Source: Bugula neritina (taxonomy: Eukaryota; Animalia; Bryozoa). From it: a stretch of 64,000 nucleotides of DNA. A program made the position numbers and the translations under genes. Location of the stretch: contig OZ037765.1 in the NCBI GenBank assembly GCA_964035545.1, positions 15,562,995-15,626,994 on the forward strand, given 5' to 3'. Below the pieces are notes generated by a model that did not search any database, was not told where the DNA came from, and was given only the letters and a program-made list of their open reading frames with translations. Every line of letters begins with the position of its first letter. Position 1 is the first letter of the stretch. Shown in pieces: positions 1 to 14,054 of this stretch.

Positions 1-1996
1 GATGCGTTTTGTTGAGAGCTTTGTCTTTCTGGGTTTTACTGTTAATCTGGTTTTATGGTGGGTTGCTTGTTTGAATCATTAGATGTCGTTAGGTTTCTGG
101 GGTATTTATGCATTTTGTGGAGAGAAGTTGGGTGCCTTTCTTTGCAGATATTGCAAACAGCAGGAGATTCACATTCCTTGGCAATGTGGTTACCATCTAA
201 ACAGGCATAGCAAAGGCGTTTGTCTCTTATGAACTCATGAACTTCTGAAAATGGCAGAAGGTTTAGCTTGCTGCAAACAGCAGTTTTGTGATTGTACATT
301 TTGCAAAATATACATGCATGAATGTGTGTTTCAGATTGCTGTGAAGCGACTTCAGTTTTCTGTGTAGCAAATGTCCTCTTTGTTATTATAAGTTTTTCTA
401 TGATGATATCTTGAGTTTTTTTTTCTTTGCTTGTGTGTTTGATTCATGGAGAGCTTTTGACAATGAATTCCGAGCTATATCACAGTGGTGTGATAAAAAT
501 GTTATAAACGTTTTTAGAGGAGGAAATCTCCCAGTCTCTCTTTCTAATCTGGTAGACTCATCAGCCCACCTTTCTCCGATTTGATGTGGAATTTTCACTA
601 TTAACTTTTTATTGGCTGCTTTCGTATTGAGATTGATGTCTGCATCGAGACCATCAATGGATTCCAGTAAATCAATAAAATCTTCTAAAGCTTCTGCATC
701 TCTTTCGTTTATTTTTGGCCAGTTTTGGAGTTTCTCTAAGTATGCCTCTGTTATTTTTTCTCCTTTCCCATATCTGTCATATAATTTAGCCCAGGCTGCC
801 TTGTATGAGTGTTCTGTCTTTTGTCTGTAAAGACCTTGGATGGCTTTGTAAGCTCTGCCGTCTACAAACTGTCTTAATTTTAACCATTTTTGTCCGGCTG
901 AGCTTTTTGAGAGGTTAAAAGCCTCATTGAAGGCCACCTTCCAATCTTGGTATTCCAATGGATTGCCCGAAAACATGGGGGGTTCTGAGGGATGTTGCCT
1001 AATTAGGTTGATAGCTTCAGCGTAATCGTCAGGTGTGAAGGCAGGTTGCTGTTGGTAGCTGGGGTTAGTAATAGGACTTTGATGAGCAAACTGGGGAACA
1101 TTGCTTGAGAGCTCATTGGACTGTAAAAAAGAGTTTGTGGATGTTAGAGGCATTGTGAACTGTAAGAAAGGGTTTGTAGATGCTACAGGTGGGATTGGAA
1201 GAATGCGAGGTTGCATGATATTTTTAGTCAGACGCTGAGGTGTGTGAATGATTGGTTAAGATGGAATAGCTGGTATGATGGATGGGAACTGATTTAGAAG
1301 GGGAGAAGAGCTGTCCTTCTCTTCCTCTTCTTCAATGGCTTGGGCTATGACTTGCTCTTCAGCCTCCGCTGCGTGTATTTCAGCCTGAAGCTCTTGCTGC
1401 TTGATAGCGTGTGTAAGTTGACTGGCTTGCTGTCGTAACTCATGAACTATATTGGCAGATTCTAATTTTATTCTTAGTGCGGCTGCCTTAGCTTTGGATT
1501 GCACCTGCATTAATCTGAGTTGTGACTGTGAGCTAGCACAAGATGAGTGACAGGATGAAGCCGATTTTGAACTAACAAAATGACTAGCAGATCCTAAGAT
1601 CTCGAAGCGCTGATTTTCTTGTGCTGGCTCGAAGCCAGCGGCTTTTGTTTTAGTTGAAAGTTTACTCATTCGACCTATGGCATCACCAATCAATGTTTCA
1701 CAATCGGAATGCAATCTATCCATTTGATTTCAAACCTGAAGATCTGGCTCATGGTCTCCTAGCATCTGGCGCCACTTATCGTAGGTTCCCTCTAAGTTGT
1801 GTTTAACTTGAGATAGTTGGTTTTTATAACCTTCCAATGAGTCGTACGAAATATCCTGTTTTGATGCAAAGTGTGAAACTATAGATTTGTGTAACTCGGC
1901 ACAGTTTTTGATTTCATTGTCTAGTTGTGCAGCTTTCTGATTCATTTTTGTTCTTGAAAATATATGGGGTTTTGAGGCGTTTGATTTAGACATCAC
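1..1996 (-). pseudogene. gag: BEL/Pao LTR retrotransposon gag region (element BEL-A), broken into several ORFs; continues off the left edge
   Basis: ORFs 1730-1996, 1256-1723, 398-1216 and 42-299; DUF1759-like 'PPMFSGNPLEYQDWKVAF...LYDRYG' and BEL zinc knuckles 'LCYACLDGNHIAKEC...CNICKERHPTSLH'. Confidence 0.88.
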
Positions 1997-2411
1997 TTAT
2001 TTAGGTATGAGAGCGTAGTAATCACAGAGAATTTTTGTAAAGTATTTGTTCACTAATTTGCTACAGTTTATCGCAGCAGAGACAGGACAAAAATGACAGG
2101 TGATGAGAGATGATTGAAGAAACCTATTATGTGATGAGCAGATTATAATGATTAATGTCAGCCAATATCAAAATATTTGATAATGTCCCAAATTAATCCA
2201 CTAGCTTTGTGATTTCACTATTACAAGTACTAATTTTACAGTATTTCAAAAAAATGAACACTAATTCAGTCTAGTTATAATTATTAAGCTTAACAAAATC
2301 AAGATTATAAAAAGAAGTGTTGATGTGCTATTACTTAGTTTAAGTGATTATGGTAGGTAAGAAACTCAAGTGTTTTAGATTTAAACCACAATGATACATT
2401 AGAACTTTTGC

Positions 2412-3278
2412 TAACTGTTACGTTGCCACAGGTCGATACTTTTGCAAACCTATTACCTACAAGCATTAGACAAGACTCAAACCCCTTGTTCAGTCTGTAA
2501 TAAAACAACTCATCATGTGTTATTGTGCATCAAATCAGCTGAAACTAATACAAATACCAATTGTAATACCAACATGAATAAAATAAAAGCTGATCAAATT
2601 AAGCACAAGAGTAGCGAGAATCCTGAAGCGTCCATGTGTCTCTTAATCATGGAGTGCACAATCATCCAGGAAACGCTACAGTATTTGCCATTCAGTAGGC
2701 CCAAGTAATTGGTACATCTGATACAGCTATTATATTCTTCGACGGAGGATATAATGCTTCATTTATATCGGAGAGAGTTGCTAGAGCGTGGGGTGCGCAA
2801 CAGATAGATAGGCTGAACTTGGAAATGAATACAATTGGTGAACATAAAATCAATGAAACTTCTACTATTTATGAAGTAAAAGTACAAACTACAAAAGGAA
2901 GGACTATTACAATTTTAGCTCACAGTCTTCAGAAACTCACAGGGGCTATCAACAGGCCACTCGATGCAAACATCCTCAAATCTCTGTTCTCAAAAAAAGA
3001 CCCTAACAAGCTATAAGGAAGAAGACGGCACCTATAAACCTGCAAATTGGTAACCATCTTCTTGAATTGCATCCAAAACACCAAATTGATCAAGCAGGAC
3101 CTAACCTCTATGTATATTCCGGACCTTTTGGACTGTGTGTGCAGGGAGCACACCCGGTCTTTAGCAACTTTTTTACACTTTCATTCTCATCTTTTCATGT
3201 GCAGGCTACCATGATGCATGAGAAGTTGGAGGAAGTTGAACTTTCTCAAAGCATTCATGACAAGCTCAACGGCTGTGA
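2412..3278 (+). pseudogene. Internally deleted, diverged fragment of the BEL-B family (gag end/zinc knuckle/protease)
   Basis: Direct similarity to 10200-10258 joined to about 10650-11470 (e.g. AACTGTTACG.TGCCACAGGTCGATAC; CCCCTTGTTCAGTCTG; HPKHQ.DQA.PNLYVYSGPFG). Confidence 0.88.
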
Positions 3279-3279
3279 T

Positions 3280-6200
3280 GTTTTATTATATTACATTGTA
3301 TTAAAGTAACTTTCAGTTTATTAAGAATTACAGTTTATCAAAGTTTTTTTAAGCATACTTTTGTTTATTATAATGTTTTACATTATATTTTAGTCTATTA
3401 CAAAGTATTACAATTTTTGAAAGTGTAATGCAGTATCTTACAGTGTATCACAGGTTTTGACATTGTATTACAGTGTATTACAGCGTGTAACATTGTAATA
3501 CAGTCTCTTACAGGGTTTTTCAGCTTTTTACGGTGTGCTACAGTATGTTTCAGTATATTACTTTGTATTATAGTACATTTCAGTCTATTACAATGTATTA
3601 CAGTTTATTAAAGTGAATTGCCGTATATTAATGTATATCCTAAATTTTGTCAATGTATTACATTGTATTACAGTATATTACACTATATGACATTGTACCA
3701 CCATATATTACAGTGTATTTAGGTACTTTACAGTGTGTTATTGCATTTTACATTATATTTCAGTATATTGAAATGCATTACAGTTTCGGAAAATGCAATG
3801 CAGTATATTACAGTGTATCACAGGTTTTTTACATTGTATTACAATGTATTACAATGTATTACAGCACATTACAGCGTATAGTATTGTAATAATACAGTCC
3901 ATTACAGTGTTTTTCAGTAAATTACGATTTTTTACAGTATATTTCAGTCTAGTACAATGTATTACAGTTTATGAAAATGTATAGATGTATATTTCTGTAT
4001 ATCACAGATATTGCCAATGGATTAGATTGTATCACAGTATAATACACTGTATAACATTGTACTACAGTATATAACGGTGTATTTAGCTACATTACAGTGT
4101 GTTATTGTATTTTACAGTGTGTTTCAGTGTATCACAATGTATTACAGTATATTTCAGTGTATTACAAAGTATTGCAGTGTATTATGGTTTATTGCAGCAT
4201 GTTTCAGTATATCACACTGTATTATAGTGAAACTCAGTCTATTACAATGTACTACAGTGCAATATATGTACTACAGTATGTTTCAGTCTATTAGAATCTA
4301 TTACAGTGTATTACAACAGGTTACAGTGTGTTTCAGTGTATTACACTGTATTAAAGTGTATTTTTTCTATTACAATGTATTACAGTGCGATGTATGTGTT
4401 ACAGTATAATTCACTCTATTACTATGTATTACAGTGTATTGCAGTATATTCCAGTGTATAACAATGCAATATGGTGTATTAAAACTTATAAAAGTATGTT
4501 TCAGTATAAAACAAAATATTACAGTATATTTTAGTGTGTAATAATGTGTCACAGTGTATTACGGTTTATCGCAGTATGTTTCAGTATATTACATTGCGTT
4601 ACAGTATATTTTAGTCTATTACAATGTATTACACTTTATTGGAAATTTTCAAAGCATATTTGTATTTATTACAATGTTTCACATTATATTTTGGTATATT
4701 ACAATGTATTACAGTTTTCGAAAGTGTAATGCAGTATATTGAAGTGTATCACAGGTGTTGACATTGTATTACAGCATGTTACAAGGTATAACATTGTACT
4801 ACAGTTTCTTACAGTGTTTTTCAGCATTTTACGGTGCGTTACAGTATATTACAGTATGTTTCAGTAGATTACATTGTATTACAGTGTATTACGGTTTATT
4901 ACCATATGTCTTAATCTTTTACAATGTATCACAGTTTTCGAAAGTCTAATGCCGTATCTTACAGTGTATCTTAGTTTTTGACAATGTATTTCAGTTTAAT
5001 ACGGCATAATGCAGCTTATAGCATTCTACTACAGTCTATAATAGTGGGTTTATGTACTTTACAAAGTGTTATAGTAAGTTACAGTATGTTTCAGTATATT
5101 ACAATATATTACAGTATATTTCAGTCTATTACAATGTATTAAAATTTATGAATGTTTATTGCGGTATATTACTGTATATCACAAATTCTGTCAGTGTACT
5201 ACATTGTACTACAGCATATTACAGTGTAATTGGGTACTTGACAGTATGCTATTGCATTTTATATTATATTTCAGTATATTAAAATGCGTTACAGTTTTTG
5301 AAAGTGCAATGCAGTATATTACAGTGTATCACAGGGTATGACATTGCATAACAGTGTATTACAGCATATTATAGGATATAACATTGTAATACAGTTCATT
5401 ACAGTGTTGTTCAGTAATTCATAATTTGTTGGAGTACATTACAGTATATTTCAGTATATTTCAATATATTGCAGTATAATTCAGTGTATTACAATGTATC
5501 AAGTGTATTAAAACTCATTACAGTATGTTTAAGTATAAAACAATGTATTACAATATATTTCAGTGTATAATAATGTATTACAACAAATTACGGTTTATCG
5601 CAGTATGTTTCATTATATTACAATGTATTAAAGTAACTTTCAGTCTATTACAATGTATTACAGTTTTTGAAAGTGCAATGCAGTATCTTACAGTGTATCA
5701 CAGGTTTTGAAATTGTATATCACAAATTTTGTCAATGTATTACATTGTATTACAATATATTACACTGTAAAACATTGTACTACAGTCTAATATAGCGTGC
5801 TTATGTACTTTACAGTGTGTTATATTAATTTACAGTATTTTTCAATATGTTACTATGTATAACAGTATATTTCAGGTTATTACAGCATGTTTCATTTTTT
5901 TTCAATGTGTTATATTGCATTATAATGTATGTATTACAATGTATTTTAGACTATTAAAATGTATCACAGTTTATGAAAGTGTATTGCAGTATATTGCTCT
6001 ATATGGCAGATTTTGACAATGTATTACACTGTAATACTGTAAATCACATTGTAAAACATTCTCTTACAGTCTGTTACAGTATATTTAAATACTTTACAGT
6101 GTGTTACCATGTTTTATTTTACGATTCAGTATATTGCGATGTATTACGATATATTTCAGTCTATTACAATGTATTACAGTGCACTAAAAGTTATTACACT

Positions 6201-8170
6201 ACATTTCATTAGGTTAAGATATATTATAGCATCTGTCTGTTTATTACAATATATTAAAATTTTTGAAATCCATGGCAATATATTGCAGTGTATCACAGTT
6301 TTTTTTCTCAATGTATTACGGCGTATTACAGCACATTACAGCATATAACGTTGTATTACAGTCTATTATAGTGTGTTCATGTGCTTTACAGTGTATTGTA
6401 GTGATTTATAATATGTTTCAGTGTATGACAATGTGTTACAGTATCTTTTAGTCTATTACAATGCATTACAGTTTAGGAAATTTTTTTCTGTATATATTTC
6501 TGTATATCACAGATATTGTCAATGTATTAGATTGTATTACAGTATAATACACTGTATAACATTTGTACTACAGTCTTTTAAGGTGTACCTAGCTACTTTA
6601 CAGTGCGTTATTGCATTTTACCGTATGTTTCAGTATATTATAATGTATTACAGTATATATCTAAGTGTATTACAGAATATTACAGTGTATTGCGATTTAT
6701 TGCAGCATGTTTTAGTATTTTCATCTATTACAATGTATTACAGTGCAATATATATGTGTTACAGTATATTTCACTTTGTTACTATGTATTACAGTGTATT
6801 GCAACGTATTATAGTATGTTGCAGCACATTACAATGTATTGCAATATATTTCAGTGTATTATAATGCATTATGGTGTGTTGAAACTTAAACAGTATGTTT
6901 CAGTATAAAACAATATATTGCAGTATGTCTGAGTGTGTAACAACGTATTACAGTGTATTACGGTTTATCGCAGTATGTTTCAGCATATTAAAATGTATTA
7001 CAGTATCTTTCAGTCTACTACAATGCATTACACTTTATTAGAAGTTTGAGAAGCAAATTTTTGTTTAAAACAATGTTTTACATTATATTTCAGTCTATTA
7101 CAATGTATTACAGTTTTTGAAAGTGTAATGCAGTACCTTACAGTTTATCACAGGTGTTGACATTGTATTACAGTTTATTACAGCATATTACAGCCTAAAC
7201 ATTGTACTACAGTCACTTACAGTGTTTTTCAGCACTTTACAGTGTGTTACAGTATATTACAGTATGTTTAAGTATATTAAATTGTATTACAGTGTATTAC
7301 GGTTTATTACCATATTTTTCAATCTTTAACAGTTTTCAAAAGTCTAATGCTGTATCTTACACTGTATCACAGTTTTCGACGATGTATTACAGCTTACAAT
7401 GACATAATACAGTTTATAACATTGTACTACAGTCTATAACAGTGCGCTTATGCACTTTACAGTGCGTTATAGCAAATTACAGTATATTTCAGTATATTAC
7501 AATGTGTTATAGTATATTTCAGTCTATTACAATGCATTACAGTTTATGAAAGTGAATTGCGGTATATTACTGTATAACCCAAAATTTGTCAACGTATTAC
7601 ATTGTATTGTACTATATTGCACGAAATAACATTTTACTACCATATATTACAATGTGTTTATGTACTTTACATTGTGTTATTGAATTTTACAAATTGTTTC
7701 AGTATCTTACAATGTATTACAGTTTTTGAAAGTGCAATGTAGTATATTACAATGCATCACGGGTTATGACATTGTATTACAGTGTATTACAGCATATTAC
7801 AGCATATAACAACGTAATACAGTCCGTTACAGTGTTTTTCAGTAATTTATGGTTTGTTACAGTATATTACAGTATGTTTTAGTATAATGCAATACATTGT
7901 AATATTATTACAATGTATTGCATTATATTTCAGTGTACTACAATGTATCACGGTGTGTTAAAACTTATTACAGTATATTTCAGTGTATAATAATGTACTA
8001 CAGTGTAATACGGTTTATCACAGTGTGTTTCATTATATTACAATGTATTAAAGTAGCCTTCAGTCTATTACATTATATTAGATTATTACAGTTTATTAGA
8101 TTATTTTGAAACCTATTATTGTTTATTGCAATGTTTTACATTATGTTTCAGTTTATTACAATGTGTTGCA
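3280..8170. repeat. Degenerate satellite with ~10-bp period (TATTACAGTG/TATTACAATG) and higher-order repeats
   Basis: TATTACA recurs throughout; block CAGTTTTTGAAAGTGCAATGCAGTAT recurs at about 3412, 3781, 4711, 5292, 5660, 7110, 7720. Confidence 0.9.
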
Positions 8171-8324
8171 GCGTATACTGTGTCCTACTATACTGTGTTA
8201 CGATACTGTATAACTGTACTGTGTATCCATATGCTGGGTATTACTATACTGCGTATTACTATATTGCGTAATAATATTATACTGATGTGTGATATTATAC
8301 TGTGTATACTATACTGTGTGTTAC
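8171..8324. repeat. 15-bp minisatellite (TATTACTATACTGTG), part left of the BEL-B insertion
   Basis: Same unit as 14507-15860. Confidence 0.8.
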
Positions 8325-8776
8325 TGTATTGGTATGCCACCCAGATGTATTGGCAGGCAGCTAATCATTAAAGCTTTCAAGCTTCAAAGCTTTCACCAAA
8401 GCTACTATTAGCTGGCAGAGCTAGTGCATTCACTGTACTGCATGAGTCAGTGTATCATGATCAAACCGCCATATTTACACTCTTTGTAAGAATAAACTAT
8501 CGGTTTCGGTATTGTGATGGCTAAGAATTTTACCTACGCATCAATATTGTAAGTTTATTAGAATTATAATAGTTCATGTCAATTTTTTTGGTTCTGTAAT
8601 GTTCATGGTGTTCCTCTGAATTTTGATTTATATTGTGACTACTTACTTATACAATTTCTAATGTTTCCCATTTTTCTAGGGTATGATTTGACAGCTAATA
8701 AACTCGAAAACCTGTTGCCAAGTTGGCTAGTAGTTAAAGCATATCTTGCAACCAGACACAAACACAAACCGATACA
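8325..8776 (+). repeat. 5' LTR of BEL-B
   Basis: TGTATTGG...CCGATACA, direct repeat of 14055-14506. Confidence 0.95.
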
Positions 8777-8799
8777 GTACCAATATTGCTGAGGCTGAC

Positions 8800-11700
8800 A
8801 TGGATCGACAGGACATAGTTAATCTCAAAAAGCAACGTACTACTCTGAGGTCTAAGGTAACAATGCTAACTAATCTCATAGAATCAGCAATCTCTAGTAG
8901 CAACTCTACACAAGTGGAATGCCTGCGATCTCAGCTTGAATCTACATATCAAGAGTTTCTAACTATCCATTATGACTTTTTGGAGTACGTTTCATCAGAT
9001 GAGTCTATGGAAGACATTGCTTATGTTAATAAGATGAGCCCAGTAGAGTACTATCAAACTGTAAAGGCTAGTTATGACAAAGCTATTTCTGACTGTAATA
9101 CTTGGCATAGTAAATTCTATAAAATCTAGCACAGCCTTATTTTAGCAATTAAGAAAGCCAATGGATTAGCTGCTGATTGTACTGACAATACTCTTATCAC
9201 TGAACCTCATAGGAAATGTGTAGCTCTTTCAAAAAGTTTGGCAAATACCATAGGTTTTTCTGATTTATTATTAGAACTAGACGAAGTTATTTTATCTTTA
9301 GATTATTGTATGTCTAAGTTTACTCTTATGTCAAGGGCTCAGTCACAGAGCATGAATTTCGAACACTGTGAATCTGATCCGTCCATGGTCCAGTCCGGTC
9401 TCGCGGAGAGCGGTGTGGGTGGGGGGTCACCTTCAGACGGCGCGAGTCATGCACCGACTATGGTCGCGTCGAGTCGGTTGTTTCCTCCTAGATCACAGCC
9501 TAGCACACATGAGGCTACTCTTGCACCAAATCCAGGTATCACAGCAAGCGGTAGTGATAGGCAGGTACTATGGGAAGATCACACATCCGGTGAAGCTTTG
9601 GCATCAAATCCAGGTGTCATAGCAAGTACCAATGTCAGAGATGTTCGTTCTTCTACGTTCTCAGTACGTGATCTACAAGGTAGTACTGATCGTGCAGCTC
9701 ATTCTGAATTTTTGATTCACGGCGCAACTTCCTCGGTTGTCAATGCATATGATAGCTACCTTAATGGAACTAGTCAAATAAGTTATGACTCTAGACATAC
9801 AGGTGGAAATAATTTCAATTCATCTATACATAAAACTCATTCACAACCCAAGCCATTTAACGGCACCAGATATCATTGGCCGGAATTTAGGTCAGTATGG
9901 CTAAGATATGCCACTATGTTTTACGATGATGTTGATAGGGCTTGTGAATTAAAAGAATTTCTCACAGGCGAAGCTCTGGAGATGGTTCAGCCAATTTTCG
10001 CAACTCAGCCTCAAGCTTACGAGAGAATGATGTGTAGATTAGAAGAGGTCTACAATGATCCTAGCATGAGTGTGCAAGCAGTCTTCAACAGTCTACAAGA
10101 ACTAAAGCCAGTAAAAGAAGGAGATGCACGAGAACTCGTCGAAATGGCCAATGCAGTGGAAAGTTCGTACAGCCAACTCGGTGAAGTGGGACTTTTGCAA
10201 ACTGTTACGCTGCCACAGGTCGATACTCTTGCAAACCTATTACCTACAAGCATTAGACGGGACTGGGATAAACACTTTCACTCACTTACTCACGAGGAGA
10301 GAATCAAGCCATTCCCACACCTCATGAGGTTTCTAGACCAGGAACGGCAAATAGTCCTCAGACGCATAGAAACTGTAAACCCGCAGTCCTCCAGTATGCA
10401 TAAACAGAAGGTGAAAGCGTTCCACGCTTAAAGTAGTGGCCCAAAGTCTAGTAGTAACAGGTCTATTAATAATAGCAAAATCATTGATAGTAAGAATTAC
10501 TGTTTTATTCATCGCAGTGAGCGTCATTGTCTTGTTGAGTGCAGAAATTTCTTGGCGTTGTCTGTAGATGAAAGATACAAGTTAATAAAAACTAATTCTC
10601 TATGTGTTAGGTGCTTGGGTACCCATGAGCCTAAGTGCTGTCCAAATTTCCGAACCCCTTGTTCAGTCTGTGATAAAACAACTCACCATGTATTATTGTG
10701 CATCAAATCAGCTGAAACTAATACACATACCAATTGTAATACCAACAAGAATAAACTAAAAGCTGATCAAATTCAGCACAAGAGTAACAAGAATTCTGAA
10801 ACGTCTGCTGTTAGCACCACGGTCCATGTGGCTCCTAATCATGGAGCGCACAATCATCCAGGAAATGCTACAGTATTTGCCATTCAGCAGGCCCAAGTAG
10901 TGGGTACATCTCATACAGCTATTATATTCTTTGACGGCGGATCCAATGCTTCATTCATATCGGAGAGAACTGCTAAAGCGTGGGGTGCACGACGGATAGA
11001 TAAGGTGAATTTGGAAATGAACACACTTGGAGAACATGAAGTTAGCGAAACTTCTACTATTTATGAAGTAAAGTTACAAACTCCAAAGGGAAAGACCTTT
11101 GCGATTTTAGCTTACAGCCTTTGGAAACTCACAGGGGCTATCAACAGGCCACTTGATGCAAACATCCTCGAATCTCTCTTCCCGAAAGTAGATACTCACA
11201 AGCTATTGAAGAAGACGAGACCTATCGACCTGCTAATTGGTAACGATCTCCTTGGATTGCATCCAAAACACCAAGTTGATCAAGCAGAACCTAACCTCTA
11301 TGTATATTCCGGACCCTTTGGACTGTGTGTGCAGGGATCACACCCGGCCCTTAGCAACTTTTCTACACTTCCATCCACATTCTTTCATGTACAGGCTACC
11401 ATGACGCATGAGAAGTTAGAGGAAGTTGAATTTTCTCAAAGCATTCACAACGACATGCTCAACAGTTGTGATTTGGACTTGTCTACAGTTTCTTCACCGG
11501 CCTACAGTGTCAATAGTCCCGACGCATCTCCCAGTCAGTTTGCAAAGTCATTTTCAAAACCTCAGACTATTATAGATTGTGGTGAATCACATACTATAGC
11601 CACTGAATGTTGTACGATTGAGTTCGCCGATGACTCAGACCCGTTACAGAGCCCGGGAGACCCAGTCACTGAGTCTGCAGAACAAATCGATTCTGGACAG

Positions 11701-11901
11701 GTGAACAGATCTTTAGAAGTCAATGAATCTACACCCATGTCTATAGAGATTAAAAGAAAGTATGAATTTACTAGCAGTACCTCTATCACACAATCCACAC
11801 CTGTTTTGACCAATGAGAGGGCAGAATCTAGAGTGACTGCTAAAGGGGTAAACAAAGCTGCAGCTAAATGTCGTATAGCACCCATAAAACAACAACTCTA
11901 G
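8800..11901 (+). pseudogene. gag: BEL-B gag (DUF1759, zinc knuckles) and aspartic protease, interrupted by stops
   Basis: 'PFNGTRYHWPEFRSVW', 'LCVRCLGTHEPKCC...CSVCDKTTHHVLLC', protease 'IFFDGGSNASFI'. Confidence 0.88.
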
Positions 11902-13825
11902 ATTCCTCAACTAGAACTCAATGCGGCCATATTGTCAAAGAGAGGCAAACGAGTTATCAAGACTGAAATGCGCTATGAGTTTGAGAAAGTTTATTGGCCT
12001 ATAGATTCTGAAACGGTTCTCAAGATGCTCCAAAAGAAGTCAACAAGGTTTCATGTTTACGAGGGTGTACGCATCGGAGAAATTCAGGGAGCAACCAGTG
12101 GGGATATGAGCTGCTGGCACTGGGTAAGTGGCAAGGAAAACACAGCAGATTGGCTTACAAGAGGGAAGCCTGTCAATGACATTGGACCTGCGAGTGAATG
12201 GTAGAGAGGCCCAAATTTTCTCTATCTGCCAGAGGATCAATGGGATATAAAATCGCCATCTGACTCGAATGAGCTTGTCTTTGGAGAGAAGAAAATAGTT
12301 TACACCGTCACTGCATCAACAGAAGTCCAATTATTTATTAAATATGAAAATTTCAGCAGTTTCAAGAGTCTAACCTGGACAATGGCTCGAGTTTGCAACA
12401 TCTTCAAGTACAAAAGTTTTAAGGAAATCCAATCTGATCTCATCACCGTGGAAGATCTACGGCAAACCAAACTCTACTTACTGAAGCAGGTACAACACAC
12501 TATAGATTCCGAGTTGAACAAGATTAAAGGGAAATATACAAGACTTCACCCCATTAAGACAGAGAGTGGAGTATGGATAGTAGGCAGTAGACTCCTAAGG
12601 CATAACCCCATGACAGCGATTAAAACGCACACGCAATCAATCCTTCCCCACCACTCACTACTTTACCTACTTGGCAATGCGGCAGGCACATACAGACAGC
12701 TATCACCGTAGCCGAGATGCAACACTCGCAAGATTCCGAGAAGAGTTTTGGACTATGCAGGGATCCAAGGTTGCTAGAGGCATAGTAACATCATGCCAAA
12801 TGTGTCGACTCAAACAACCTCACTTTACTGATCAACTGATGGGAAGTCTACCTACAGATCGAATAACGACTGGACCGCCGTTCAACAATGTAATGATAGA
12901 TCTTTTTGGTCCGTATAATGAGAGAGGAGAAAAACAGACTAGAACTTCGAGCAAAGCTTATGGAGTAATATTCACAGACATTAGTTCACGAGCAGCACAC
13001 ATCGACGCAGTTTTCGGATATGACAGTGATTCTTTCCTGTTGGCATTAACTCGATTTGTCAACATTCGTGGCTGGGCATCCAAGATTTATTCTGATCCTG
13101 GAACACAGTTAGCTGGAGCAGAAAAAGAACTCAAAGATATGTGGAGACGCATGGACAAAGGTTCTATCAAGAAAACCAGTGCAGAAAATGGGTTGCAATG
13201 GGAATTTGGACCCGGTGACAGCCCCTGGTATCAGGGCGCTGCTGAATCACTCATAAAGGCTGTCAAGAGATGTTTCACATTTTCAATGAGCAACCGCCGG
13301 CTTTCACCTACAGAATTTCTCACAATCTGCACTGAAGCTGCAAACACACTAAACGAAAGGCCATTGGGATTACTGCCAGATTCAGACTCCAAGATCAACA
13401 TATTAACACCTAACTGTCAACTTATTGGACGACCCTTCATCAAGAATCCTGGCAACTGGAATACAGACTACTCCTTAAGGGGGCAACTGGCTCTGGTAAA
13501 TACAGTCTCAGATGACTTCTGGCGGAAGTGGACCAAATTGTATGCACCCACACTGATTCATCACCAAAAGTGGCATACCCCAAGACGAAACTTTCAGGTG
13601 GGAGATGTTGTAGTTGTTATGGATCCAAATCAGCTGCGTAATCAGTATAAACTAGCTCGAGTACATCAAGTATATCCGAGCAAGGATGGCGTAGTAAGGA
13701 AAGTAGCCCTTTCCTACAAAAACTATAAGGTAGCAGGGAAACTGAGGGACTATGTAGACTGTAATGACACTATCATAACCCGCAGCGTGCATAGGTTGGC
13801 TTTATTAACTGAAGTGAACCCATAA
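11860..13825 (+). pseudogene. pol: BEL-B RNase H C-terminus (Pao peptidase A17-type) and integrase with DUF5641-like tail
   Basis: 'AKCRIAP...IPQLEL', 'W.DSETVL', 'WHWVSGKENTADWLTRG', 'H...H...CQMC', 'IDLFGP', 'YSDPGTQL', 'GAAESL', 'FWRKW...Y', 'GDVVVV'. Confidence 0.92.
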
Positions 13826-14054
13826 ATGACTGATCTACCTTCTTGGCCGCGTGTACGCTCGTGTCGCTGGAGGGGTTTGCATTCAACCGTTTTTCGGGGG
13901 ACAGGCTGGTGCGCGGAGGGGTCAGCGGATTGGTGCAAGAATTTCATGGTCTGTGACTGATACTATTTTGTTTTGTTTGTTTTGTTTGTTTTGATTTACA
14001 TAATTTATCAATATTTGTCAGAATAGTATCTGCCAAACAATTCGACTCCACCGA

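Noticed and set aside
2047-2389. 5' LTR of BEL-A
   Set aside because: Plausible TG/CA ends, but no second LTR, PBS or TSD in the window to fix boundaries
3647-8371. Many Tyr/Cys/Ile-rich ORFs
   Set aside because: Translations of the stop-poor satellite; no domain signal
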